64,000 bases of DNA from Octopus vulgaris (lineage: Eukaryota), in NCBI GenBank assembly GCA_951406725.2, contig OX597825.1, forward strand, positions 88,226,001 through 88,290,000. The letters are read 5' to 3'. A program made the position numbers and the translations under genes. Under the pieces are notes generated by a model. The model searched no databases, was not told where the DNA came from, and was given only the letters and a program-made list of their open reading frames with translations. Of this stretch, positions 30,101 to 41,828 are shown piece after piece; positions within the stretch are counted from its first letter, which is position 1; every line of letters begins with the position of its first letter.

Positions 30101-30154
<54 letters not shown>

Positions 30155-30262
30155 GCTTATATATATATGTGTGTGTGTGTGTGTATATATATTATAAATA
30201 CACATATGCACAAATTTATATATATACAATTCTTTTATATATGTATACACGAGCGCAGACAC

Positions 30263-30311
<49 letters not shown>

Positions 30312-30999
30312 CAGAGAGAGAGGAAGAGAGAGGTGAGAGAGACACGGACAGAGATATATGTGTACATACACACATATATTAATGAAAAGTGGGATCGACA
30401 CCAGTTTAGAGAGGTGTGAGAGAAGGTGTGAAAGAGAGTGAGAATGAGAGAAAAGAATAAATAGAATTATTATATCTTTATGTATTGTGGCGTAAGAAGC
30501 TAATTAACCAGGTTTTCATTTAACTGCAGATCCATTTCACGTCCACAATATAAATTTGACAAATATCAGTTTCATAAATAGCATTTTTTTCCAAAATATA
30601 TGCTGTTTTTGACAGAACTGGAATTGAAATCATAAATTCTTCTTCGTGTAATATATAATCAGAATGGTAATGTTGAGTCGATATATGCATCTGACTTTAT
30701 TTCTCGAGGTGCAGGTTTTTGGGATTGCTTGTATGAATAGAGAAAAAGTCGTATAAACTCATCAAAGAAAAGCTAGAATTAAAAACTACTTGGTAGAAAT
30801 AATATTGGAAATCCTTTAATCATGCCTATTGAATGACTCCACTGTTAGCGTAATAGATCGATTCAATGCAGGCTCAGAAGTGTTGATATGCTCCAATCAG
30901 ATTATCTGTATCAAGTTTAGACATCATACTGGTTATGGCAAACTCGAAAGATTTATGATGTTATGAGGGTGTTAATTGATCTACGCTCCAAACGTTATA

Positions 31000-31720
31000 A
31001 TCCATTGGAATGAGGTTTAATGACACACAACGCTATTTTTCTTGGAGAACATGATTATGGTGATTGGTACGGATCCTCGTTTGCGTTCTGGCAGTCTTAG
31101 GAGACGGTACAAAATCTTGGAAGACGTATGGTTTTCTGTTGCGTACTCTGTCTATCCAAGGCCACATAGCTTCCTTCAATGCCTTTTCAGGCCATTGAAT
31201 CTTGAAGCACTTAAAAAAAATTGGAGAATTGACATCTTTCTCGTCTCTAGCGATTCATACAGCCAGGATTCACTTGGAACTTAGCATACATTCTCGGTGG
31301 AATCTCATTTAGATTTCAGCATAAGTGCATCTCTCATTCCTTCGAGTTAACACTTGGTACTGATCCAAGTTTTTCGCTTCAGAGAAAAATCAAAGCCGTA
31401 CATCCTCTTTTCACATCCGACATAAAATGATACCACCTCGTCACATACAACTTTTACCGGGTGTCCTCAGGCACAGCTTTTCTGATGGTACATTGTGAAA
31501 CCTTGAGCTTGCTTAAATTTACGTGTGATATTTAGAGACTGAGCATGCGTTTTGCTTTTTGGTGCTGATCTTGTATCCATGTCAGCCGGTTTTAGGTTCT
31601 TTCGAAATTTGACAACAAAGTATCGAGTAACTCTTAGGAATCAGCTACCTTTCTATCACTACACTTTACTATTCAGGTGACAATTACAGCTTGCCTTTTC
31701 ATTTAGTTAGTTAGGCTGAT
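31000..31720 (-). mobile_element. Decayed maT-type transposase remnant
   Basis: LKVSQCTIRKAVPEDTR*KLYV and KPYVFQDFVPSPKTARTQ (cf. PYVFQQDSAP.H). Confidence 0.55.
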
Positions 31721-33636
31721 GTCTGACATTATGTATTTGAAAAGAATGGTAGAAAAGACAAGTTAGAAAAATATTAGGGCTCTTGAAAGAGTTTGTCAAG
31801 CGATGTTGGTGAGGGAGGGGACAAACACAGATGCACAAACATATACACTGACGCCCCCTATACATTTATTTTCAGTTATTCTAACACCAAGTTTTGAAAA
31901 AAAATTGTCAACGTGATATCCTGTCAACTGAAACGAAAAAGTATTTAACTATTTCTAAAGTCAGACTTTAGAGCAAGACTACAAATACTCTCGCTGCCCA
32001 AAGTCAAATCGTTCAGGAAGGAGGACCAGTGGATACTCCTGTTGATGACTGCTAAAATTAATTTGTTTTTAAACCATATGTAATGAGCTAGTTTTTACTC
32101 ATGGAAATGAGTCATTATAGGTACACATAAAGATTACATACGCACATAAGCATGCACACATACATACAAAAACAGACATGCACATGCATATATATACATA
32201 ATTGTGCTCGGGTGCGTACATCTTTCTCTCTGAGGCTATATATCTGAATGTATTATTTCACGCCTGTATGTTTCTGGTTGCAAAGACGGCCATGTGCGCG
32301 CGCAAACGGGTATCAAAGCGAACGATCGATACATTTTCATAAATTAAATTTACAATAAAGTATAATTATGTGGAACATGAAAAGATTAAATTTTATATAA
32401 ATCTTTTAATGTAAGTATTCGAACGATACACGTTTCAATAATTCTCTCTGGAGCGATTTAAAACGATGTTTAATTGGTATAATATCAACATATTTATTCA
32501 AAATATTTATTTTTTCGTTAATTCTTCGACTCTTCTCACTCTTTCCTTATATGGATGCGACCCAGAGCCGTATTATCAAACGAGTGGGCTGGAACATTAT
32601 TTTCTCAATCGGTTTTAAATGTCGAGGCGAAAATGTTATCATCAAAGGTTTGATTCACTGGTAACAGAACGTAACATATACACACAATATTAATATACTG
32701 CAGCGCACAATTTTACTGCATCGGCCGCTTTATGGTCAGATTTAGAATATTCATATTGCTCTCTATTTTTTTTTTAGATATATTTGGGGTTTTTTGTTGA
32801 TTGAGGAGAGTTGGTGCATATGGGTATAAAACTGTGTGTGAATGAGTGTCTTCATAGCTGCAATGGTTAAATGTATCACTCCAAGATCCTGTCTTTTGCT
32901 TTGAGGAAGGCCTGCCAAATGGAACATGCTCACAACATAGCTCGAAATCTTACTGAAACTAATATGAGTGGCGTGAACAGAAACATCCGGTCGTGTAATG
33001 TATAATCATATATTATTTTAATTTCTCATTCATTCTCATTCTGGAACAACTCATTTTCACACTGTTCGCCAGTCAAAATAACGGATGACTTTCCACGTTA
33101 TAAGATTTCAACTTTTTGTCTTATGATATTTTAAACGTTCCTGTTTTTTTTCTTTGTGTGTGTGTGTGTGTGTGTGTGCGTGTGTTAAACATATCGTGTG
33201 TATTTGCATTACCTAGAAATGTTTCTCTGCACACTTTCAGAAATATTCTAAATAAAAGATCATTTATCTTATAACACTCATATCTGAACTGAGCATCAGT
33301 AAGGTGAAATTCGAATAACCAGATGCGAATGTATGTATATATGTATGTATGTACGTATGTATGTATGTACGTATGAATGTATATATGTATGTATGTATGC
33401 ATGCATGAATGTATGTATGAATGTATGTATTTATGTATTTATGTAAGTATGTATGTATGTACGTACGTATGTATGTATTGTCAATGTATGTATGTATGTG
33501 ATGGTGAGAGAGAGAGGGGGGGTAGGTTACATTTGCAAACCTGTAAGTAGAGGCTGAACTTATAATTGTGTAACTGGAATTCGATCCTGTCTGTGGGAGG
33601 TCGGGTGTTTAAATAAAAGGATACTTTTCTTCTCTT

Positions 33637-33768
<132 letters not shown>

Positions 33769-33789
33769 GTTGGTCTTATATCTTATTAT

Positions 33790-34180
33790 ATATCATGATG
33801 CATTCGTCATCTCTACATGTTAATCGCTTCTCCTCCGCTTGTTTTTGGCAAATCTTTATTTGGCAAAATAGTTTTATTGCTGACTTTAGTTTACTAAATT
33901 TATTCTTACTCACATATCTCAGTATTGCTCTTGGCAAACACCGAATATTACTGCTACTAGATTATTATCCTATATATTATATTTATTATATATTTCGACG
34001 CCTGTGCTTATGAGTCTCTCATTTTAAAGTAGTTGGCATTTTTGTCTCTTTCATACTGAATATTGTTGAATTTAAAGTGTTTTATGATATTCTCTTCAAT
34101 TCCACCTGGCGTTCACATTGCCTTTCTCACACTGCGTCAGTCTCCCATACACTCGCTCTCTCTATATATATATATCTATC

Positions 34181-34220
<40 letters not shown>

Positions 34221-35880
34221 ACCGTTACTCTTACACAATCTTTCTATAATTATCGTACATTCTTTTATCACATAATATTTCTACATTTAGGGGAAGTGTT
34301 ATGGACTAAGCGAAACTCTGTCATTAGTGCTGTTTTAATATTATTATACGAGCTATAATCAACAAGTATCCGGACTGTTACCATAGTAACGAAGTAAAAG
34401 CACGCAGAGTAAAGCCGCTAAGCAAAGTTTGACTTCAGTGGCTGTTGTACCTGCGCACTCGGTTTTAATGCTTTAGCTTACTTCCGCTGTTTACAGCAGT
34501 GCTCGGTAATGACGTGTGTAGCGTGTGATCGTTGCATTGAGCATGACAGGAAAAGAGAGGAGTGTATGAGCCGCCCACGAGTGTACGAGTGGTTCAGACG
34601 TTTCGAAGATGGAAGAAAAAATTTCGATATTGATGAATGTTCTGGGAGACCCGCAACAAGCAGAAATGAGAAAAACAATACAGATGTGCGTGAAACTGTG
34701 AGGCGACATCCGTGAGTTTCCAGAAGATGTGCAGATTAGTTATGGCTCAGTTCAGTCCATTATTATTGAAGATTTAGGCATGAGACTCGTGTCTGCCAAG
34801 TTTGTGCCAAAACTGCTTTCAGCTGACCAAAAAGACACTCGGGCTTCAGTTGCTTAGGATCTCCTTCATTGTACGAGAACGTTGAAAACTTTTTGAAAAA
34901 TCGCGTAGACCACTGAGCAGCTAGCATCAAGCTTTTGGTAAAAATAAATTGATACAGATTCTCTGCTCAGAGTTCTCCGTCATACTCGATGCGACCATCA
35001 ACACGTTACACACGTTACTTCCAAACATTGCTGTAAACAGCGGAAGTAAGCCAGAACGTTAAAAGTTAGTGCGCATGCGCAACAGAGTTCAAGATTAATC
35101 TTTGCGAAGCGGCCTCATTCTGCATGCTTTAGCATCATTACAATGACGACAGTCCGGATACTTATTGATCAGTCCACGTATTGATCATGACTCTATGTAA
35201 GATATTGTCCAGCTCCCGGATTCCAAAGTGTCTGTACCCATCATCATTCGGACCTTCCATTATCTCTCCGTAGGGAAATTATATGTCCTTGCCATCTGCT
35301 CGTTTCCCTCGTTTCAAAGTGAGCAACGTACGCTTCGATATACTGAATGCCATCCCTATATTATTGCTGCATATATGCACAATCGCAACCAGCCTCTCCA
35401 TTTCAGGCTCTGTTTTTGCGATCGGTTTTAAATAATCTATGAAGAAAGGCGGTTGAGACGATGACCATTTTTTTGTAAGCTCATACTGCACAAGACGACA
35501 GGAAGTGGGATCAAGTCCATAACAAATAACAAAGGTGAACAAGGGTCTCCCAGAAAGATACCTCTTTTGGTTGCTACCTCTGGTAAGCGCTGGTTGCTAC
35601 AGAAAAGGCGTGTTTTCTAACTAGGCATGCTGTTCTTAATCAACGCACAGGCGTTCTCAAGTATTCCACACATGTCAAGTGTTTCCAAAATCCACGAACA
35701 TGGCAACGTTGTAAGTCTTTTTAATATCTATCCAGGCCATTCACAGGGTTTTTTTGGTACCTTTTACAGTTCTTCATTACAATATTGACTAAGGTGTACC
35801 TTGGTACCCTTGGATCGTTTTCAGCATCCCATTTATTCTACTGGAAGCAGATTACTTTTCGCAAGAAACGTTTAAAAATA
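33790..35880 (-). mobile_element. Older decayed R4/Dong-like RT-region fragment interrupted by a mariner element
   Basis: WIDIKKTYN (cf. WIDYKKAFD), FFIDYLKPIAKTEPEMERLV..SNNIGMAF..LKRGK (cf. YMDDLK..DDIGMEFG), GYRHFGI (cf. YKYLGI); LPKTSGG (cf. LPRAQGG) near 33840. The left boundary is uncertain. Confidence 0.65.
34349..35178 (+). mobile_element. Non-autonomous mariner-derived element with long (~190-bp) imperfect terminal inverted repeats and TA duplication
   Basis: TA|cgag..atcaacaagtatccggactgt versus acagtccggatacttattgat..cg|TA; inner match cttacttccgctgtttacagca / tgctgtaaacagcggaagtaag; mariner HTH remnant SRPRVYEWFRRFEDGR..SGRP and DLGMRLVSAKFVPKLLS; no catalytic domain. Confidence 0.88.
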
Positions 35881-35914
35881 ATGAATAATGAAATAATGAA
35901 ATGTATAGGTTCGT

Positions 35915-36485
35915 TCTTATTATTTTTATTATTGCTCTTAATCACAGGTTGTTTTGGAGACCTTGGAGTCTTGCTACCTGCAACCTATGGTACCATACTA
36001 TCCGTTCTTTTCAGCTATCCATATATTTACTTAAGTTTTCAAATTCCTTTACAGATTTATATTTTATCAGTGGGAACACTTGCACCCATCAGTCTACAAA
36101 TGTTTTCTTCTCTGTCTTTAATGACTGTGTCTCGTCGATTAACCTGGATCGTTCAGTCGTTATTGATTGGAAACACCCAGATGATAGCGACATTTTTACC
36201 TTCAACGACTGGCTCAGGATGATTTTCATAGAAGTAAGCAGGAGTGCTGATTTTGTAGTGCTTGCATGTTTTCCCATGTAAATACGGTCCTACACTATGA
36301 TGGCGATTTTTGTATTCGTTTGGTGTCAGAAGAGGGAATCCCGAGACGAGAAGGTCTAATATTTCTTCGAATTTATTGCAGAATCTGCATTTAAGGTCAC
36401 AAACGTTTTGAAGAACGTTAGCTTGATTGTTCCTTGTAAGCAAGCTTTGATCACGCGTCGCTAATATAAAATATTTAGTCTCTGC
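35915..36485 (-). mobile_element. Decayed 5'-truncated R4/Dong-like LINE 3' fragment
   Basis: LTRNNQANV..KCRFCNKFEEILDLLVSG..EYKNRH..YENHPEPVVEGKNVAIIW aligns by eye to the C-terminus of the intact ORF. Confidence 0.8.
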
Positions 36486-36489
36486 TTTA

Positions 36490-37385
36490 TTATTATTATT
36501 ATTGCCTTTTCGCAGCTACTAACGTTGGAGATGTACTACAGTGTCAACTGTTCACTACCAGTGAGCAAACACCCCTTATTTTTTGAGCACCTTCCGGAGT
36601 ATTCGAGCGGTTCCAAGCAGTGCCGTTTTCTGAAAGTGCTCCACACTTATTGCAGCCCCTATTTGTCCCTTGTACTTCTCAAGAGTTTTACTCACTGTTC
36701 GCAGGGCTCCGACATATATCGGTACTACTACCACCTTTTTCATCGACAACAACCGCTTAACCTCCCATGTTAACCTGTCATATCCATCGACTTTTCTTTC
36801 TTCCTTTTTGCATAACTTGTCAGCTGGGCATGCTATATCTATCGTTTATATCCAGCATCGTTTGCTTTCTTTCTCAATTAACACTGTGTCTGGCTTCCTA
36901 TTCTCCATCTCAAGGCCGCACTCAATCATAAAATACCGATAAGATCTTTGCATTATCATTTTCGATGATGCCTTCGGGTTTATGTTCGTACCACTTTTTT
37001 GTTCTGTCAAGTCCATCCTTGTTGCCAAGTGTCCAATGGACAACCCTTGCTATTTTTTCATGATGTCTCTTATATTCTCTCTGGGCTATTGGCGCGCATT
37101 CACTGGTAATATACCATACGGTTTCACCATTTTGTCCACAAATTCTGCACTTATCACATTCTGCTGAGTTGCAGATTCTGTGTTTGATGTAATTTGTGCT
37201 TAGTGTTTGGTCTTGGCCATCCGTTTCCGGTTTTAAATCACTTATAGTCATCCACAGCCATCTTTTTTCTCTGTTTGTCTTATTTTCAACATCCCTATGA
37301 AATTGTCCATGCATTCTTTTCTTTACCCACCTATTTTCAGTTTCATTCGTTTTCATTTGCTTGTACAGTTCTTTATCTTCGCAAT
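36490..37385 (-). mobile_element. Decayed 5'-truncated R4/Dong-like LINE (knuckle and RLE region)
   Basis: KRMHGQFHRD, DLKPETD..QDQTLSTNY, CRICGQNGETVWYITSEC, WYEHKPEG, NRKPDTVLIEK, GTARILRKVL; frameshifted; ends in (TAA)n near 36490. Confidence 0.85.
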
Positions 37386-37387
37386 CG

Positions 37388-37500
37388 TATTATTATTATC
37401 ATTATTATTATTAACATTATCGTTATTATTATTATTGTTATTATTATCATTATTATCATTATCATTATTATTATCATTATTATTATTATTATTATTATTA
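37388..37500. repeat. Left copy of a ~113-bp direct duplication (probable target-site duplication)
   Basis: Imperfect (TAT)n carrying the interruptions tatcatt...ttaacattatcgtt...attgtta, which recur in the same order at 41705-41817. Confidence 0.85.
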
Positions 37501-40500
37501 TTTTTTTTTTCTTCTTTCAAATTTTCTTCCATTTCTTGCCGAGTGTCTTCCCGACTCCTAGGGCAAAGAAACTCATAGTGTATATTGGTAGGCCATTAAA
37601 CCAAACTCAGTAGTTCGTTCATTTTTTTTTTTTTTTTTTTTTTTAAAGTTAAATTAAAATACATGAGCAGCAACAGTTCTCACATCGACAATGCTCTTCT
37701 CAATACGTGTGATGTACCAGTTAAGACAATCTTTTGCACTTCTTGCAGGGATGGTAAGCCAGGGATCATTCTCATATAATTTTCGGTTCCCTTCTTGATC
37801 ATTCCTAGTGCTCCTACGATCACTGGTATTGTAACCGCCTTGAGATGCCACATTTTCTCAATTTCAATGAGTAGGTCTTTATATTTTCTGAGCTTGTCAA
37901 ACTCTTTCGCTGAGATATTATGATCACAGGGGATGCTCATGTCGATCAATAAGCAAACTTTATTGTTTTGGTCTTTCACAACAATATCTGGTTTATTGGC
38001 CTTGATGGTTCGGTCTGTATGTACTGGAAAGTCCCACAGAATGGTTACATTTTCTCCTTCAGTTACAGCCTCAGGGTGGTGATTATACCACTTGTCGGCA
38101 GTTTTGATATTGTAATGCCGACTTATTAGCCAGTGGAGATATTGGCCAACTTTGTCATGTCTTAATTTATACTCCACTGGTGCTAAAACTTTACATCCAG
38201 AGATTAGGTGGTCCACTGTTTCAATCATGTCGTTGCAGAATCGGCATTTTGGGTCTGCTCCATTTTTCATCACATTGGCCTGGTAGTTCCGGGTTAATAG
38301 GCTTTGGTCTTGAGCAGCCAGGATGAAACCTTCGCTCTCTGCTTTTAGCCCTGAGCTCCGCAGCCACTGATGGGTTTGCTTCTGGTCAACATCAGCTTGT
38401 TTGCTGCGGGTCACATATTTGCCGTGCAGAGGTTTCTCCTCCCACCTATCAGCCAATTGCTCGTGCGCTTTTTTCATTGCCATCATTTTCACCTTCTTTG
38501 CAACAATAGTTGCCGTACTTCCCTCGGGTTGTTCAGTTTGGGTATCCTGCACGAGATCAATAGCAAATTTTTTGCTTTCCTTGATGATAGAATGAAGCTT
38601 CTTTCGTCTCTCGTGATTTTCCACGAGCTTTAGCATCCAGTCATTCGATATTTCGAGATATTTGGCCAGTCCAATTGTGGTTGTTTTGTAAGCTATTTCA
38701 AATTGGATCAGGCCTCGACCTCCTTGGGCTCTGGGAAGGTAAAGGCGATCTACGTCTGCCTTTGGGTGGTGCATCCTATTACAACTCAGCAGCTTGCGTA
38801 TTTTTCTATCTATATTCTTTACTTCACTCATATTCCAGTTCAACACATTGTAGCTATAAGTAACAACTGGAACTGCTAAGGAATTTATAGCTAACACCTT
38901 GTTACGTGCATTTAGTTCAGATTTCAGGACTGCACGAACTCTCCTATAACATTCCTTCCTGATTTTCTCTTTCATGCTTGCATGCTGAATACCAGAGCCT
39001 TCATTTATCCCTAAATATTTGTATGTCTGTTCTTGCTCAAGCTCTCTTATGACTGTGTCAACATCTAACACGACTGAATTTGTGGTCTTCACTTTCCCTT
39101 TCTGGAAAGTGGCCTTGGCACACTTCTCAAGTCCAAACTCCATCCCGATGTCATCGCTGAATGCTTTCACTGTGCGCAATAGGCCTTCAAGTTCATTATT
39201 GTCTTTACCATAAAGTTTTAAGTCATCCATATAAAATAGATGGCTTATTTTTTTATTGGCAATTTTATACCCATACCCTGTTCTGTTTAATTCACTTGTA
39301 AGGGGTATTAGGGCTATGCAGAATATTAAAGGTGAAAGTGAGTCACCTTGAAAAATTCCACAGTTGATGTTTATATTTTCTGAGGCAAGTACTCCATTAG
39401 AGTGGTATAATTGGAGATTCGTATTCCACAACGACATATTGTGCTTCAGGAAGTTTGAAATCACAGGGGAAATTTTAAAGATGTCCAGCGATCTCAAGAT
39501 CCATGGATGCGGTATACTGTCGAAGGCCTTTTTATAGTCAATCCATGCGGTGCTGAGATTTCTGCGCTTGTTGTGACAGTTCTCAAGGATCATACGATTG
39601 ATTAGCAGTTGATCTTTGCATCCGTAAGAGCCTCGGCGGCACCCTTTTTGTTCAATGGGGAAAATATCGTTCTTCTCCATGAATGCATATGTTTTCTCCG
39701 CCAGGATAGATGTTAGGATTTTATACGTGGTGGATAGACAGGTTATAGGCCGATAGTTTTTTGGAAGGTTGGTTTCGTTATTCTTTGGGAGTAGGTAAGT
39801 AATGCCACTTGCTAACCATTCAGGTGTTTTCTTTGGGTCTCTCAAAATTCCATTAAGCAGCTGAACTAGCTTACCGTGTGCGCACGGGAGCGATGCGAGC
39901 CAGAAATTCGGCACCCTATCTTTACCGGGGGATTTCCAATTATGGGCCTTCGTGAGTGCCTTTCTTAGGTCTACTATTGTGATGTCTTCCCATGCTTGTT
40001 GTTGTAAATTTTGGTAGGATCCTTCAGTTTGTATAATCCAGTCTGCATTTATGTTGTACGTCTTCTTGTCACTCCAAATCCTTTCCCAAAAGTTTTGAAC
40101 TTCTTCCATGGGAGGAGGGTCTTTAACGGTTACTTTCTCCTTCCCTATTTCTCTGTAGAATTTTTTGGCATTGGATGTGAACAGCTTATTTTGCTTGTAA
40201 AACTTGTTTCTCTTCTCAAATCTTCGTATTCTTTGGGCTTTTGCTTGGACTTTTTGTTTCAGCGTTTCTTTTATTGATATCAGTTCTTCTCTTGGTGAGG
40301 ATCCAAATTTTCTCTTCATCTTTCTTCCTGTTCTGGATCTTACATCATTTCCACATATTAGTTCATTTAATATTGATATTTCCCCTCTCATAAATTCAAT
40401 CTCTTTTTCAATTTTACTTCTCCAGGTTTGATTTCTTCCCAGGTTTTGTTTTCTTTGTTTTTTCGGGGGCATACAGCTGGTTTCAATTGCCCTAGCAGAA

Positions 40501-41704
40501 GCGTAAATAATTTCATTTAACTCAGTAAAATCAGGTTTTAATTCTCGTATTATTTCATTTGTTACATAGTTGCCAATTTGGATTTGTTTTTTATTTTGGT
40601 TTGTATTTGAGAGTTTATGAAGCGGTTCTCTATCATTCATACTTGTATGTCTTACAACTTCAAGCGTATTCAGGATTTTCTGCCTCATTTCTGCCATAGA
40701 CTCTCTGTGTTCTTCAGCAAATGCGAGATCTTCAGTTACTGTTGTTTTTTCGTTTTCCTGGCTATCTTTAACAGGTACAATAGAATTTCTTGTATCTTCA
40801 GGCCTTTGCGTACTTTGGTCAGATGGCAGTCTTTCAATTAAGCCTCGTGGCGGGCTATACTGTTCATCTGATTCTTCATTTCCTTTGTGTCTTATATTTA
40901 TGTCATTTTCCGTTGCGTGCTTGATCGCACTTATTTCACTGTCTGTGAGTCTGTTATTTCTAAAGATATCCCTCCTCACATTTGCTAATTTGTTCTCGTC
41001 CAAATAGGGCCTACTGTCTTGATTCCGTGTTCTCCATATACTGTAAGAGTTTGCGGTGTGTCTCTCTTGAGATGGCCTACCTAATGCATAGTAATAAGCG
41101 TATATTACTTCTTTATACTCTTCTCGGGTCCATTTGTTCCGCTTACATTTTTCTTTCTGTGGTGGTTGTGGTGGTGAACTTGGAGGGCTCGAGTTGGGAG
41201 ATTTCCCGTTCAAGTGACCATCCATGTCCGTATTCGGAGAAGAGTTTGTGCCAGTTGATGACTTTTCGATCCCAGGCTGGCTCTTCCCTGGGGGACGCGC
41301 TTCCAGATTAACCATAGGACAAGCGATTTGGTATACTGATTTAGTTTTCCTTTTAGTTTCCAAAAACATTTTGGTGCTACGATAATGTTATCATTTTTTA
41401 GCTTTGATTGGCTCGTGGGGAGACGGCCATCATTGCCGTTACAATTATAACCGTACCATTATAGCAGCCGTAGTCGGCTTATTATTGTTATTATCTTCAC
41501 CATTACCATCACTATCATCATTATCACCACCATTACCATCATCATCATTATCATCATCACCATCACCATCACCACCATCATCATCAATGATATTGTTTTA
41601 TGTGTAGTCACAGCAGTATCTTATTATTGTTATTTTTGTTTTTTTATCATTATCACCATCACAGTAGTGTCTGTCTGTCTCGTTGGCTGGCTTGTTATTA
41701 TTAT
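37501..41704 (-). mobile_element. Full-length R4/Dong-like LINE including 5' leader and 3' UTR, inserted in a (TAA)n microsatellite
   Basis: ORF above; 3' UTR 37511-37679 with an internal A-run; terminal A10 joined directly to (TAA)n; bounded by the direct duplication 37388-37500 / 41705-41817. Confidence 0.85.
37680..41369 (-). CDS. Uninterrupted ORF of an RLE-type non-LTR retrotransposon (R4/Dong-like): N-terminal domain, reverse transcriptase, CCHC zinc knuckle, restriction-like endonuclease
   Basis: 1229-aa ORF. N-terminal KWTREEYKEVIYAYY motif. RT motifs KSPGKD, NYRPITCL, WIDYKKAFDSIPH, GIFQGDSLSP, HLFYMDDLK, YKYLG. CRFC-x8-H-x4-C knuckle. RLE motif KPD..IDMSIP..K..KY. No APE endonuclease domain. 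The true start could be the later Met in MVNLEARPPG. Confidence 0.93.
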   Translation of the reverse strand: MFLETKRKTKSVYQIACPMVNLEARPPGKSQPGIEKSSTGTNSSPNTDMDGHLNGKSPNSSPPSSPPQPPQKEKCKRNKWTREEYKEVIYAYYYALGRPSQERHTANSYSIWRTRNQDSRPYLDENKLANVRRDIFRNNRLTDSEISAIKHATENDINIRHKGNEESDEQYSPPRGLIERLPSDQSTQRPEDTRNSIVPVKDSQENEKTTVTEDLAFAEEHRESMAEMRQKILNTLEVVRHTSMNDREPLHKLSNTNQNKKQIQIGNYVTNEIIRELKPDFTELNEIIYASARAIETSCMPPKKQRKQNLGRNQTWRSKIEKEIEFMRGEISILNELICGNDVRSRTGRKMKRKFGSSPREELISIKETLKQKVQAKAQRIRRFEKRNKFYKQNKLFTSNAKKFYREIGKEKVTVKDPPPMEEVQNFWERIWSDKKTYNINADWIIQTEGSYQNLQQQAWEDITIVDLRKALTKAHNWKSPGKDRVPNFWLASLPCAHGKLVQLLNGILRDPKKTPEWLASGITYLLPKNNETNLPKNYRPITCLSTTYKILTSILAEKTYAFMEKNDIFPIEQKGCRRGSYGCKDQLLINRMILENCHNKRRNLSTAWIDYKKAFDSIPHPWILRSLDIFKISPVISNFLKHNMSLWNTNLQLYHSNGVLASENININCGIFQGDSLSPLIFCIALIPLTSELNRTGYGYKIANKKISHLFYMDDLKLYGKDNNELEGLLRTVKAFSDDIGMEFGLEKCAKATFQKGKVKTTNSVVLDVDTVIRELEQEQTYKYLGINEGSGIQHASMKEKIRKECYRRVRAVLKSELNARNKVLAINSLAVPVVTYSYNVLNWNMSEVKNIDRKIRKLLSCNRMHHPKADVDRLYLPRAQGGRGLIQFEIAYKTTTIGLAKYLEISNDWMLKLVENHERRKKLHSIIKESKKFAIDLVQDTQTEQPEGSTATIVAKKVKMMAMKKAHEQLADRWEEKPLHGKYVTRSKQADVDQKQTHQWLRSSGLKAESEGFILAAQDQSLLTRNYQANVMKNGADPKCRFCNDMIETVDHLISGCKVLAPVEYKLRHDKVGQYLHWLISRHYNIKTADKWYNHHPEAVTEGENVTILWDFPVHTDRTIKANKPDIVVKDQNNKVCLLIDMSIPCDHNISAKEFDKLRKYKDLLIEIEKMWHLKAVTIPVIVGALGMIKKGTENYMRMIPGLPSLQEVQKIVLTGTSHVLRRALSM

Positions 41705-41790
41705 TATTATTATTATCATTATTATTATTAACATTATCGTTATTATTATTATTGTTATCATTATCATTATTATCATTATCATTATTATTA

Positions 41791-41817
<27 letters not shown>
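41705..41817. repeat. Right copy of the ~113-bp direct duplication
   Basis: Same interruption pattern as 37388-37500; one visible mismatch (gttattatt vs gttatcatt). Confidence 0.85.

Positions 41818-41828
<11 letters not shown>

Noticed and set aside
38370-41311. Plus-strand ORFs overlapping the LINE
   Set aside because: Short antisense shadows of the real minus-strand ORF with no motifs.
41400-41475. HDV-like ribozyme in the LINE 5' UTR
   Set aside because: Only a small hairpin with a ctcccc loop was found; I could not build the nested double pseudoknot by eye.
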